Shown here one piece after another: positions 28,204-40,685 of a stretch of DNA of 64,000 bases (position 1 is the first letter of the stretch; each line of letters starts with the position of its first letter). Location of the stretch: positions 544,435 to 608,434 of the forward strand of contig JAWQFM010000019.1 in NCBI GenBank assembly GCA_033442325.1, in the 5' to 3' direction. A model generated the notes under the pieces. The model was not told the DNA's origin. It did not search any database and saw nothing but the letters and a program-made list of their open reading frames with translations. The stretch comes from Salpingoeca rosetta. Taxonomy: Eukaryota; Protista; Choanoflagellata. Both the position numbers and the translations under genes were made by a program.

Positions 28204-30565
28204 TTACTCCACTTGCTTGCCCCGTCCGCTTGTAGCCTGGCTTGCTCCCTCGCTACCGTTCTTGCCCGTCGTGTGTGCCGTCAGACCATCCATTGGCGCC
28301 ATTGTTGTGACTCCAGGCCCCACCGTAGGCGCTCGCGCTGCCGTTACCTGTCCTGGTGACACTTGCCCTGGTGCCCCATGCTCTGATGTGGCTGTAGCTG
28401 TGCCTGCGCCTGTGCCTGCGCCTGTGTGCGGTTGGGGTGCAGGCAGCACGAGCGAGCCGTTGCTGACAGCTGGAACGGAGAGCCCCATGTTTGCATCCGA
28501 CATGTGCGCGCGCTTTGGCGGGTTGGGTTCGTCCTTCGACCTCTTCCAGTTCTTGCCGTGGAAGATGATGTGCATGGGGTGGTTGAATGTTTCCTCGCCA
28601 ATCACCCGCATCAGGTGTCGGTCACCCTGCAGCCGACGCGCAAATACATAAAAGGTGAGTGAGTGTGTGTGTGTCTGTGTGTGTGTGTGTGTCTGTCTGT
28701 CTGTCTGTCTGTCTGGGTGTGCGTGTCTGTGTGTGTGTGTGTGTGCGTGTGTGTGTGTGTGTGTGTCTGTGTGTCTGTGTGTCTGTGTGTCTGTGTGTCT
28801 GTGTGTCTGTGTGTCTGTGTGTGACATGTGGTCAACAGCGGAATTTTGCACGCGACGCAGCACCATCTTCTGCGCCCCCCCCCCCGGGGTCCTCTTGTCT
28901 TTCACTTCCGCTCAGACAGCCACGGCCTGCTGAAGCAAGTCAAACCACCGACCTGTGTACCGCGTGTGCAGTGCTTGACAGTGACCTTGGCGGTGCAGCT
29001 GATGCTCTTGCGCATGCCCAGCGTGGCGTCCACGGCCATCATGGCCTTGATGCTGGCAGGTTGCATGCGTCCCCCGCCAAACTTGGCGTTGGTGATGCGC
29101 ACGTTTGCAATCGAGTTGCCTGAAAGGCGCACGCGGCCAAAGGAGGTGCTGCGGTGATAAAAGCCAACCTGATGATGGAGATGATGAGGAGAATGGCAGC
29201 AGTGGCGGTTTTGAGATGGTGTTGGTTGCGAAGGAACGGGGGGGGGGGTGGCCGATGGACAATTACGTGCGACAACATTCGGCATGTGTCTGTGTGTGTG
29301 TGTGTGTGTGTGAGGCGAAAACACACGCGCACACTCACACATGCAAACAAACAACGCATGCACGCAACACAAAAAAAAAAGCTCATACACACGAAGAACG
29401 CATGTGCAGGTGAATAGACCTGGATGATGAGACCTTCGTCGTGGCCCTCGAGGTCAAAGAACATGGCTGCGTCCGCTTCGCTCGGGAGCGCAAACATGTT
29501 ACCGCTCGTGGTAAAACCAACAAGCTTTGGTTTCGAAGGGAAGGCCGGCGAGAGGGTTAGTACAACCGCAAAGGCACGCGTGACAAGCACGTTCTCGGGG
29601 ATGGTGACAGACTGGAGGTAGCGGGTGGCCCCCCGCGGTGCAGGGGAGAGGCCAAGCATGTGCTGCAGGTGTATGCTGTGCGCAAGCTGCGAGTTGAGGA
29701 GTGCCTGGTTGTCTTGCTGTGGTTGCTGGTGCTGTTGCTGACCACTGCTGGCGTTGCTTTCAGCACTGCCATCGCGCTGCCGCTGGCCTTGCTGCTGCTG
29801 TTGGTGCTGTGGGTGGCGTAGCGAGGACGGAAGCAGACCCTGTGGCTCAAACCCTTGTCCCTGTGATGCAGTGCGACTGTGGCCACCCTTCCTCTTCAAC
29901 GCGCTACCGGACGAAAGAACAGCTGCCATGGACGCGACTGACGTGGTGCTACTGGCCACAGTCGTGCCTGCAGGCATTGGCGCTGCTGTGCTGCTGGATG
30001 ACTGCGACGTGGCGGCGGGGAAGGCAGCCGTGTCCGCGCCGGATGTTGACGGCTGCCGCTGCTGGGGCACCAGGCCTGCCGTGGCCGGGGTCTGCCCAGA
30101 CGCAAGGGACCCCATCATGATCTGCTGCTGCAAGGCTGCAACCTGGGGAGTGGTGCTGGAGATGCTCTGGGTTGTTGTTGCGGCATGGGGGTGAGCGCCA
30201 ACAGCCGCCGCTGACAATGCGCTGTTCCCTAGCCGTTGCCGCTGCTGCTGCTGCTGCTGCTGCTGGTACTCCTGTGCTGGGTGCTGCCGCTGCACAGCCG
30301 CAGCCAGGGCAGCGAGCGAATTCGCAGCATCCAAGCTGCTCACACTGGACGCCACAGATGCTGACGTTGGTGCGGCGGAGGTGGGCACCCGCTGCTGTTC
30401 GCTGCCGTCTGCGTAGGACGTTGCTGGCGCAGAAACACGGTCGTCAGTGATGGACACCGGGACGGCAGGTGATGCTGTGGACGTTGCTGTTGCTGACGAT
30501 GACGGGGTGTGTTGGAGCAGCATGGATGGCAGTTGCGATAACGAAGGATGTTGTTGCTGCTGCCG

Positions 30566-30614
<49 letters not shown>

Positions 30615-31087
30615 CGTTGGTGGGGCGACTGAAACTGGGGCAATGGCGAGGGCTGCTGCTGCTGTGCCTGCTTCTGGGACTGCCGGTCATCTTCAAGAAG
30701 CTGCTGTTGTGCTGGTTGCTGTGGCTGTTGTGCTTGCAGCCCATGCATGGAGGGCGTTGCCGTGTGCGCTGGATAAGGCCCAATGGACAGGAACGGCAGC
30801 ATGTGCGCTGCCGGAATGGTGACTGCGGTTTGCTGGGTATCCTGGCCAGAGAACTGCATGCGCGGGGTTGAGCTGAGGCTGGCAAGCAGCTGCTGCACGT
30901 CAGAGTGTGGCGGTATCAAGTTGGCCAGCATGGCCATTGACGCGCTTGTCGATGTGGGCGCTGATGCCAGCGATGATGACGGGTTTGGTGGCTGCTCTTG
31001 CTGCTGGTCATGCATACGAGTTGATGTGCTCGTGGCTGGATCGGTGGTGTTGGATACATCGTTGTCGTTGCTTGTCTGTGCGCGCGC

Positions 31088-31176
<89 letters not shown>

Positions 31177-31446
31177 NNNNNNNNNNNNNNNNNNNNNNNN
31201 NNNNNNNNNNNNNNNNNNNNNNNNNNNNNNNNNNNNNNNNNNNNNNNNNNNNNNNNNNNNNNNNNNNNNNNNNNNNAGTGCATGCACGGCAGCAGGCAAG
31301 ACATGACAACCACGCACCTGTTTGTTGCTGTCGCTTTCGGCGGCTGTTGTTGTTTGCAGTTGCGGGAGCATTTGTAGCACGTTGCTTTGGGAGGAGCTGG
31401 TGCTCGTGGGGCCAGTGCTGCCATCATCCGTCAAGTCCTGCTCCAT
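28204..31446 (-). CDS. Q/S/A-rich protein with a C-terminal beta-rich domain; putative Ig-fold (p53/Runt-like) transcription factor
   Basis: Phase-0 exons 31446-31318, 31075-29420, 29168-28953 and 28627-28204. PolyQ activation-like region, basic LKRKGG, and a globular segment YLQSVTIPENV...FNHPMHIIFHGKNWKRSK. The gene is well supported; the function is inferred. Confidence 0.65.
31177..31276. other. Assembly gap (100 N), intronic
   Basis: Run of N. Confidence 1.
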
Positions 31447-31691
31447 GACGAGTGCAGTGACTGATGTGTGTGTGAGTGAGTGCCGTGTTGGGATCAAGGT
31501 CTTGTCGAACGATGTGTGTGTGTTTGTCTCGGATAAGCGCGAGAATGGGGTGAGGCGCACGCCCAGAGAAAATAGCGAAGAGAAGAGGCATTGAAGATAC
31601 AGCAAAATTTCGTGCCTTGGAAAACTTGTCATGTTGTCGCTTGCCCGCGCGAGGCTTGAGTGCGTGATTTGTGTGTGTGTGTGTGTGTGTG

Positions 31692-31774
31692 TGTGTCTGA
31701 CTGTGGCTGACTGTGGCTGACTGTGTCTGACTGTATCTGACTGTGTCTGACTGTGTCTGACTGTGTCTGACTGT
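31692..31774. repeat. 10-bp minisatellite (TGTGTCTGAC), about 8 copies
   Basis: Read directly; lies upstream of the minus-strand gene start at 31446. Confidence 0.9.
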
Positions 31775-32050
31775 ACAGCGTTTTGCCTCAATCTAGGTTC
31801 ATGGACAGACAACAACACACAAACACAGAGTTCTATGAGAGAACAGAATAAGCGGAGAAATAAACAAAGAACAGAAGCGATTCGTGTCCCCACACGAAAC
31901 GTGACACTGCTGCAGCAAGCTTGTGAGGACATCAAGTCCACACATTCACGCCGGCGCCCATGGGTCCAGTTTCTGTTCCACTGTCATCACTATCAATAGT
32001 AGCAATGTGCGCGCGAGAGAGAGAGAGTGTGTGTGTGTGTGCGTGAGAGG

Positions 32051-32068
32051 GAGAGAGAGAGAGAGAGG

Positions 32069-32108
<40 letters not shown>
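32051..32108. repeat. (GA)n microsatellite
   Basis: Read directly. Confidence 0.9.
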
Positions 32109-32110
<2 letters not shown>

Positions 32111-32344
32111 GAGTGGAGGAACAAAGAGAGAGGCAGGCATACAAGAATCATCAGTTACACAGGGTAGAGTTGAAAGAGCAAGATGTTGTTGATACAATGA
32201 TGGTTCACGATGCGCAAGCAAGCAAGCTACATCACATCAACCGCATCGCATACACATACACGCGACACACACACACACATAAACACACGACACACACAAA
32301 CACACATACACGCAAAATGCACTTACCCATGGCCGTCGTCATCT

Positions 32345-32933
32345 TCAGTCATCGCTGCCGTCATCACTGGTGTCGCCATGGCCAAGATNNNNNNNNNNNN
32401 NNNNNNNNNNNNNNNNNNNNNNNNNNNNNNNNNNNNNNNNNNNNNNNNNNNNNNNNNNNNNNNNNNNNNNNNNNNNNNNNNNNNNNNNNNNNNNNNNNNN
32501 NNNNNNNNNNNNNNNNNNNNNNNNNNNNNNNNNNNNNNNNNNNNNNNNNNNNNNNNNNNNNNNNNNNNNNNNNNNNNNNNNNNNNNNNNNNNNNNNNNNN
32601 NNNNNNNNNNNNNNNNNNNNNNNNNNNNNNNNNNNNNNNNNNNNNNNNNNNNNNNNNNNNNNNNNNNNNNNNNNNNNNNNNNNNNNNNNNNNNNNNNNNN
32701 NNNNNNNNNNNNNNNNNNNNNNNNNNNNNNNNNNNNNNNNNNNNNNNNNNNNNNNNNNNNNNNNNNNNNNNNNNNNNNNNNNNNNNNNNNNNNNNNNNNN
32801 NNNNNNNNNNNNNNNNNNNNNNNNNNNNNNNNNNNNNNNNNNNNNNNNNNNNNNNNNNNNNNNNNNNNNNNNNNNNNNNNNNNNNNNNNNNNNNNNNNNN
32901 NNNNNNNNNNNNNNNNNNNNNNNNNNNNNNNCG

Positions 32934-33017
<84 letters not shown>

Positions 33018-33439
33018 CATGTGAGAGAGAGAGCCTGGATGAACACGTGTGAGCAGAGGCGGCATGCTCAGGATGACAATCGGATCCATCGGTCCTGCAC
33101 GCACTGTAAACACACACACACTCACACACACATGCACGTACGCGAACACGCACCATCCTGGCTTGATGCCCTCTGCTCCCTTTGCAATCTCCGCGGAGAA
33201 CTTGTCCGACTCCTGTGCAGTCACGTGCAGCAGGCGATGCCCGTATGGGCCCGCACACGAACAGCCTGTTTGGGTAATGAGTGCGTGTACATGCATGTGT
33301 GGTCCACCACGCGTTCAGTACCGTTGCTGTGATGATATGTCGCGCTGACGGAATGTCACGTCACACCCAACACGCACACTGGCAAGTTCAAGCAGAGCCG
33401 ATTGTCTGACCAGTTGGTGCATCCAACAGCAAACCCGCA

Positions 33440-33471
<32 letters not shown>

Positions 33472-35002
33472 CACACGTACACGTACACGCACACGCACAC
33501 GCACTTGCACACGCACGCGCATACACGCGCACACGCACACACCTCCACGGGATTGGATGCCAAAGAGGTCGTTGAGCAAGGCCACGACAAAGTTGTGGTG
33601 CAGGTAGCGTTTGCCGACGCGAATGACGATGCTGGTGATGGTCAGCTTGGGCAGTGTCTGGTTGCCAAGAAGCACAATATTTGGATTCTTCGTCCATACC
33701 TGAGGCAACGACAGATTGGGAAGGGGGATGTTAGGGATGTTGTGTTGTATCGTGTTGTGTTGTGTGATGTTGTGTGATGTTGTGTGTTGTTGTGTGTTGT
33801 GTTGTGTTGTGTCGTGTTGTGTCGTGTTGTGTGTTGTGTGAGCGGTGTGAATCGGAGGAGAGGGATGGCAGTCGTTGCGCTCGAAGGAGGAGGCAATGCA
33901 TCCGGTAAGTGAAAAGATGAGCACCTTCACATGCATGCATGCACACACACACACACACACCACAATACAGCACACAACTTCCGCCCCTGCCCCCCCCCCC
34001 TTTGACAAACCTTGAGCGCCGCCGAGAGTGCAGCCATCTCCAGGGCGTGGATGTTGTGCACGCCAATGTCCATCTTGAGCTTGAAGACGAGACCGCAGCG
34101 GATGGAGCCGACAATGTCTGGTGTGCCGCCCTCCTCGCGCGTCTCAATGTCCGCCTTGTACTTGTGGCGCGTGGGCGACACAAACTCCACCGTGCCGCCA
34201 GCGGGGTGCACAGGGGTGGCGTTCTGGAAGAGCTCACGCCGCGCCACCAGCACGCCAGGGGTGCCCGGCCCACCGACAAACTTGTGCGGGGAGATGAAGA
34301 CGGCGTCAAGGTACGCGTGGTGGGACGGGTGGCTGCGAAGCTGCATGTCAATGTCCACGTACGGTGCTGCTGCCGCATAGTCAAAGCAGGCGAGGGCGCC
34401 GTGCTTGTGCAACAGCGTGGCAAGCGCGGGCACATCCGTCAGCACGCCCGTGACGTTGGAGCCGGCAGAGAAGCTGCCAATCTTGAGCGGCCGCTTCCTG
34501 TACTTCTTGAGCATCTTCTTGAGCACATCAAGGTTGACGGCGCCATCGGCCGTCTCGGGGATGGTGACGACCGTGGCCGTTGTCTCCCGCCAGCTCACCT
34601 CGTTGCTGTGGTGCTCGTACGGCCCAATGAACACCACGGGCCGCTTGGACTCTGGGACGGCGCCCTGTGTTGCACAACGCCGGCGATCCTTGATGTCAAG
34701 GTCGAGCACGCCAATGAGCTCTGCGATGGCGGCTGTCGACCCGGATCCCGTGAAGAGCACCGCATGGTCTTGGGGTGTGCCACCGCAGGCTTCGCGGATG
34801 ATGTCTCGCGCCTCCTCTCGCAGCCGTGTTGTCTGCAGGCCCGTGGCAGATGCTTCCGTGTGCGTGTTTGCGTACAGCGGCAACACCACATCTCGGATGT
34901 AGTCTTCGACCAGCCCCAATGCTCGGCCACTTGCCGTGTAATCTGCACAGTGTGTTTGCGTGTATGTGTGCGAGCATGTTTGTGTGTGTGTGTGTGTGCG
35001 AG

Positions 35003-35061
<59 letters not shown>

Positions 35062-35704
35062 ACATGTGTGGTGGATCCTCCTTCAACAGGAAAGCGGTGC
35101 GGCACATGATTCTCGACTCAACAGCTGAGAAGAAGCTTGCTTGACAATTCAAGACAATTCGCATTGGCAAGCAAGCAATCAAGCACGCCTGGAAACGAAC
35201 CTGCGTAGATGAGCGGCTTGGCGCCGAAGGGGCCTGCAACCAACCGACCAACACCAAGGACGACAATGTATCAGGGCTCAACGGGGTGTGGGTGTGGTAG
35301 AACGATGGTGCGTGTCACAGTCACAGTCACAGCCACAAACACAAGAGCAAGTCACGCCTTTGTTGTGTAATGCTCGCACGTCATGGTCAAGGATAGGGCG
35401 GCTTTCATGGTTTCATCGCTGCTGAGACGCATATTCACACATTGCACACACCTTTCAGCGTGGCGGTTGATCCAATGACGGACTGGCGAATGCACTCGAC
35501 TTTCGCCAAGGTTACCTCGTCAATCGTGCTGCTGTGCTGCTCATGCTGATCAACGGAGGCCATGAACGCCGCCTGCTGCAGTTGGTGCTGCTTGGTTTCC
35601 GGCTCTCCCTTGAGGACCGACACCGGGTTGGTGGTCTCACCACCACCAACACCAGGTGTGGGTGTCTTGCTGCTGGCACGCCCTCGCGATGGCTTGTTCC
35701 CCAT
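32345..35704 (-). CDS. Class-V PLP aminotransferase, cysteine desulfurase (SufS/CsdA-like) family
   Basis: Exons at approximately 35704-35452, 35233-35202, 34942-34011, 33699-33544 and 33265-33153; the 3' end lies in or after the gap. Motifs DYTASGR, YANTHT, FTGSGST, GPYEHHSN, SAGSNVTG, DYAAAAPY, SPHK (PLP Lys), EEGGTP, LLNDLFGIQSRGGCSCAGPY and IKPGW. Confidence 0.9.
32389..32931. other. Assembly gap (about 543 N)
   Basis: Run of N; it probably hides the 3' exons of the aminotransferase gene. Confidence 1.
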
Positions 35705-36015
35705 CGTGCTGGTGTTGAAATAAGAGATTTGGCATGTTTACAATGACACGACGCGATTGCGCAATCCGGGGCGTCACGAATTCTTGCTGTGTGCTTGGTC
35801 AAGCATTCGCGCGCGCACACTTTCCTTTACACACACAAACGCACAACACAAACTCGAAGAGGCGAAGACACACATCACAATACATGCACAAACTCGAAGA
35901 CACACACACACACACACACAACCTACACAACACACACACACACACGCACGGTTGCGAGATTGGCAGTGAGTTGCAGGAGATCACGCTCGAAGATCGAGCA
36001 GATGCGACACCGAAG

Positions 36016-36405
36016 ATGGACGCAGAAGATGAGATTCCTGAGCTTTCACAAAGCGGTGACGACCACAGCAACAGGAGCACAGGTGGCGACGAAGATGTCA
36101 CCGCACATCATCAGCTTGCAGTGGACAAGCACAACCAAGCAACGCTGTCGTGGAGCAACGTGTCGTGCACTGTTGTGCAAAAGAAGAAGCAAAGCGTGTC
36201 TGAAGATATGAAGATCCTCGACAACGTGTTTGTGGGCGCCACCTTTGACTCCACGCTGCTTCCGACCGGCGAGCAGGTGCTGGCACAGTACGACATGGAC
36301 AACGAGAGCATTGGCCGCGACTTTGGCATCCTCATCGCCATGGCCGCCATCTACCGCTTCCTCTGGTTTGTTGTGCTGTACATGTTTCGCACGGGTAAGC
36401 GGTGA
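36016..36405 (+). pseudogene. ABCG half-transporter remnant with a large in-frame internal deletion
   Basis: The pre-Walker-A segment LSWSNVSCTV...KILDNV is joined directly to the C-terminal TGEQVLAQYDM...DFGILIAMAAIYRFLWFVVLY. The NBD and most TM helices are absent. Confidence 0.75.
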
Positions 36406-36650
36406 TCAGGAGGTGAAATGGAAGGGAGAGCTAGAGCACGCGTTTTATTTTGTTTGGGAAGCAGCAAGAAAGATACAGCAGCAAAAACAACAGCAACAGC
36501 GTGCATGTAGGATAAAGACTGCGTGCGGGCGGCTGGGTCAGAAGAAAGGAAGAATGCGAGAGGAAGCAGGAGACAACAAGTGGTGGAAAAGGGGCAAGCA
36601 GAAGGAGAAGCAGAAAAATGTCAAAGAAGTCACACAGCAACAAGCAGCAA

Positions 36651-36697
<47 letters not shown>

Positions 36698-36746
36698 GAG
36701 CAGCGAACGGCAGCGGGATTGTGGCTGCCGGTCAAACGACGCAACG

Positions 36747-37459
36747 TCAGCCGACGCCGCAAGCGTCATTGGTGGTGATGTCGAGTGCCTCTGTGCCGTC
36801 GTCCTCGCCGTTGAGTGCAGTGGCTGCAATGGTGGTATGAATCTTGCGCTGATGTGAGTGCATGTCCATGCCGTGGGCGAACCACTTGAAGCCGGTCCGG
36901 TGGTCTGTTGCTGCACGTGCTTGGGACTTGTGAGAGCGGCGGCGCCTGTAGCAGCGCGAGCCGTTGCATGGCCGTGGATTTTCTTCGTCCTCGTCCTCGT
37001 CCTCATTTGCCTCTTGCAAGCGGCGAAGGCGACCTTCGAGTTGTCGTATCTGCATGTTAAGGTCGCGGGTTCTTGCTACCCTTGAATGAAAACTGCTGGG
37101 TGGCTCGAGCTGTGGCAAGATGAACTCGTCGTCATCTTCCAGGTCATCGTCTTCGTTATGGCCACTTATCTGTGTGGAGGAGGGTGCGGCCTGCAAGAAA
37201 CTCAAACTGGGCATCGGAAAGGTTCTGACTGGCCAGTCGTGATGTGACAAGTGCACTTGAAGATCATCATCATCATCCTCCTCCTCACCGTCCATGCGAA
37301 TAGAGTCGAACACGTCAAAAAAGCTGAAGCCATGTCGTGGCATCAATGTCGCTCCCATCATCCCAAAGATAGGATCAAATCGTCCTCCTGCTGGCGGCGG
37401 CCCTTCATTCCGAGGGATGCGCTTCACGGGCATGTCGGGGGCACGGTGGCTCGCGAGCA
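36747..37459 (-). CDS. Hypothetical acidic/coiled-coil protein
   Basis: About 237-codon ORF in non-repetitive sequence, preceded by a CA block and followed by a GT block like other genes here; no recognisable domain. Confidence 0.5.
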
Positions 37460-37642
37460 TCGTGTGGGTCGAGTGGTGGAGGGTGTGAAGGGGTGGAGGA
37501 GGGTGTGTTAGGTAGACTGCTCTGGTAGAGGTAGAGACGTGTTGCTTACTCCTGGTTGTCTTTGTGTGCAGGAAAAGAAATGAACGACAACCAACTGGTG
37601 TGTGTACTTGTGCATGTGTGTGTGTGTGCATGTGTGTGTGTG

Positions 37643-37673
<31 letters not shown>

Positions 37674-37759
37674 CAGAGCAGTGTGGAAGACAAAGTGAGA
37701 GACACATCATGTCACACACATCAACATCCAACCAACTGTTGGTGACTCAGCCAAGAATT

Positions 37760-40438
37760 ATGTTGGGCACCATGCCGAATCCTCCACAACGTTTGTTGCA
37801 GCGCACGCGACAACTAGTAGCTAGCCAAAGCAGCACATTCCCCAGCAGAGCAAAAGCTTCCCCGCCCACTCGTAGCCAGCCAAGAGCCAGCCGCCCTCCA
37901 GCCATGCTCGGCCTTGATGAGTGGGCGTGCGTTGCTGCGTACTTGGTTCCAGAGCCTGTCCAGCAGCCTCCGCCGCCAACGTGGGCGTCGTCGTCGGCTT
38001 CGCGTTCTCGTGCTGGCATTTGTCAGGAGGACAGCCAGCACCTGCGGTCCGCGCGAAGCAAGGACGACGTACGGGCGCTCTTCAACCTGATGATGACATG
38101 CAGGTGGCTGTATGCTGAGCTGCCGTGGACCTTACCAAAGTGGTGCCTGAGTGAAGCGTACGAAGGCTTTGGACGCGAACACCACGAAGCCACCATGAGT
38201 ATGGTCGTCCACACAACATGGCTGGATGAATTCCAGCTCGACCTGAAGACTGGGGCTGAAGAAGCAGAACCACGCTCCGCAGAGGCAAGGCCAATGCCAC
38301 GCTGTCCCAGAGCGGCAGGCAGAGTGGCTGCGGCAGCGGTTCCTCGTTCACTCATGGTTGGGCATCACGTGGGCAAGCACGTGCTCTTTCCTTCGCACAG
38401 CACGAGCCTTCTCGACTTCGTCAGAGGCAGCATCCACACCGCTGTCCTGTGCGTTTGCGAAGTTTGGTCGCATCCACTTTGCCTCTCTGCAAGCTCTCGA
38501 AGAATGGTGTCACGGCAACGCGCCAGCAGAGTCCAGTGAAGAAGGCCAAGCGCAAGCGCAGCAGGCGCCGCAACTGCAGCAACAAGAAGAGCAACAGGAG
38601 CAAGAAGGGGAACACCAGCAAGGGACAGCGACCTGCGACAACTTCAACAGCCGTGATGAACGTGCACTGCAAGTTGAACCCGACAACAACGGCGCGCGCT
38701 GTGCTCGCGCAGAGACCCGCGGCACCAGCACAGATGCAAGCAACACACTCACGGACACTGCGCAAAGCAACACGACACATGGCGCCGTCGTCAGGCCTGC
38801 AGAGTTCAACTTATGCGTGAGAGTGGCAACGAAGGAGGAAGCTGAACAGTTTGCTGCGTGCGTCGCAGCGTTGGGCGAAGATGCGCGCGGTGGCACCCTC
38901 AACGTTGTCGTGTTACAACCAGTGCCTGCTCTGGTGCTGCAGTGTGCCCAGCGTATCCACCACATCTCCGTGTCCAGCCGTGGCGGGACCATCGACCGCC
39001 TAGCTTTCAACGAGGTGCACTACTTGGCCTGGTCCATGAGCCGGACGCAAGCCACCCTCCCCATCCAGCGACCCCCGCGCCGTGGCATCAAGTTGTCTGG
39101 CAGCGAGCAGCTGGCGGACATCAGTGTCCTTGCTGGTGTACCGCACGTCACGCTGTGGAGCCTGCCCAGCGTTGAAGATTTGTCGCCGTTGCGGGATGCC
39201 ACGAGTGTGGCCTTGCAGGCCGTCGGGGTGACTGACCTCGCACCTCTGGCACGAGTGACCAAGCTTGATGTGCGACAGGCCCAGCAGCTGGTGCTGTCCG
39301 AAACAGGGCAGCTCACTTTGCACGCGCACACGTTTGCCATGGCAGTGGTGTCTGGCATTAGAGGAGCGCTTCATCTTCCACAAGCACAAAGCATTGAGCT
39401 CTCAGACTGCTACGGTGTCTCGCAGCTCACGTGCAGGCGTCGCATCCGGTCGTTGTATGTGGAGCGGTGCGGCCGCCTGACTCGATTGCCTGACTTTGAG
39501 CGCGCTGGCGTCGTGGATGTGGACACCATCGCCGATGTTGGTGCACTGCGTGATCTCGCACATCGCGTTGACAACATTGTGTTGAGAGGCGTTGCTGGGC
39601 AAGAGCACATGTCTGCACTCCCAGACATCATCCCCGCACACGTTGGCCTCTCTGTTCCGGGGTGTAAGGTCGACGATTTAGTGCGAACGGGCGTTGCGGG
39701 TCGCTTGACCAGCGTGCATGCGCACGTGCGCGGCAGCTGTGATGCTGGGCACTTCTCCCACGCGCGTGACATCAAGTTCAATTTAGCTGGGGTTGTTTCC
39801 AACGTCGTGGGGTTGGACCGGTTGCCACCGCTCAAGCGTCTCTCATGCCATTCCATTAACTTGAACGGCGACCTGTCGTGCTGTGAGGATGTGGCATTGT
39901 TTCTATGCAAAGGCGAAGTGAACGTGTCACAGGCACAAGTAGTGCTGGTGTCTGTTGAGGCTCCAACGCTTCGCCTCTCAAGCGTACAGAACGTCCTGTT
40001 GCGAGCGGTTCAAATGTGCCCATTATTCACCTCCATTCACTTTGACAATGTGCACACGTGCGTGGTGCATCGTTCACACATCTCCGATTTCTCTGCCTTC
40101 CACGGAGTGCACCGACTTGTCCTGAAGGCGTGCGTATTTGACAGCGTGGACACGCTCCCGCTCGTGCCCGTGCTGTGCATGCGAGACTGTGCCAGAAGCG
40201 ACGGCCGCAAGTGGCCCGACAGGACGCTCTGCTACCGAACACGCACGGAGCTTGCAACGCTTGGGGAAAAGCTTGTGTGTATGCTATTTTGTGTGAGTAT
40301 GTGTGTGCTGTTTTGTGTGTATGTGTGTGCTGGTGTTTTTTTTTTTTTTTTGTGTGCGTGTATGTGTGTGTGTGTATGCGCGCGCGCGTGTGTGCGTGCG
40401 CATATCTAGCCAGCCAGACAATTCACGGTCTGCCTTGA
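37760..40438 (+). CDS. F-box-like N-terminus plus degenerate leucine-rich repeats
   Basis: ORF1: LGLDEWACVAAYL...VRALFNLMMTCRWLY. ORF2 (38358-40409): LADISVLAGVPHVTL, VEDLSPLRDATSVAL, VTDLAPLARVTKLDV, ISDFSAFHGVHRLVL. The two frames need an intron or frameshift near 38200-38500. Both ends are uncertain. Confidence 0.6.
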
Positions 40439-40685
40439 GTGAATAGAGTGGTTTGCATCCACCAATTCAAATGAACCGAACAGTCGCATCGAACAGTCAC
40501 ACAACGCATTCCACAGAGACCCACCCTGCTCACACCATTTCAATCGCATGTGTATGACAGCGTGTGGGTGATGTATCGGAACTGTCGCTTATGTTTAATG
40601 ACTGCAGTTGTGTGGGGTTGCCAGAGCGCCTTCAAGATGGTGGCCGCCCCACCAACCACACCACTACCACCACCAAAGTGCCTGC

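Noticed and set aside
28830-28930. Extra exon KDKRTPGGGAQKMVLRR in the putative TF gene
   Set aside because: It needs implausibly short introns; the single intron 28952-28628 joins the flanking exons in frame.
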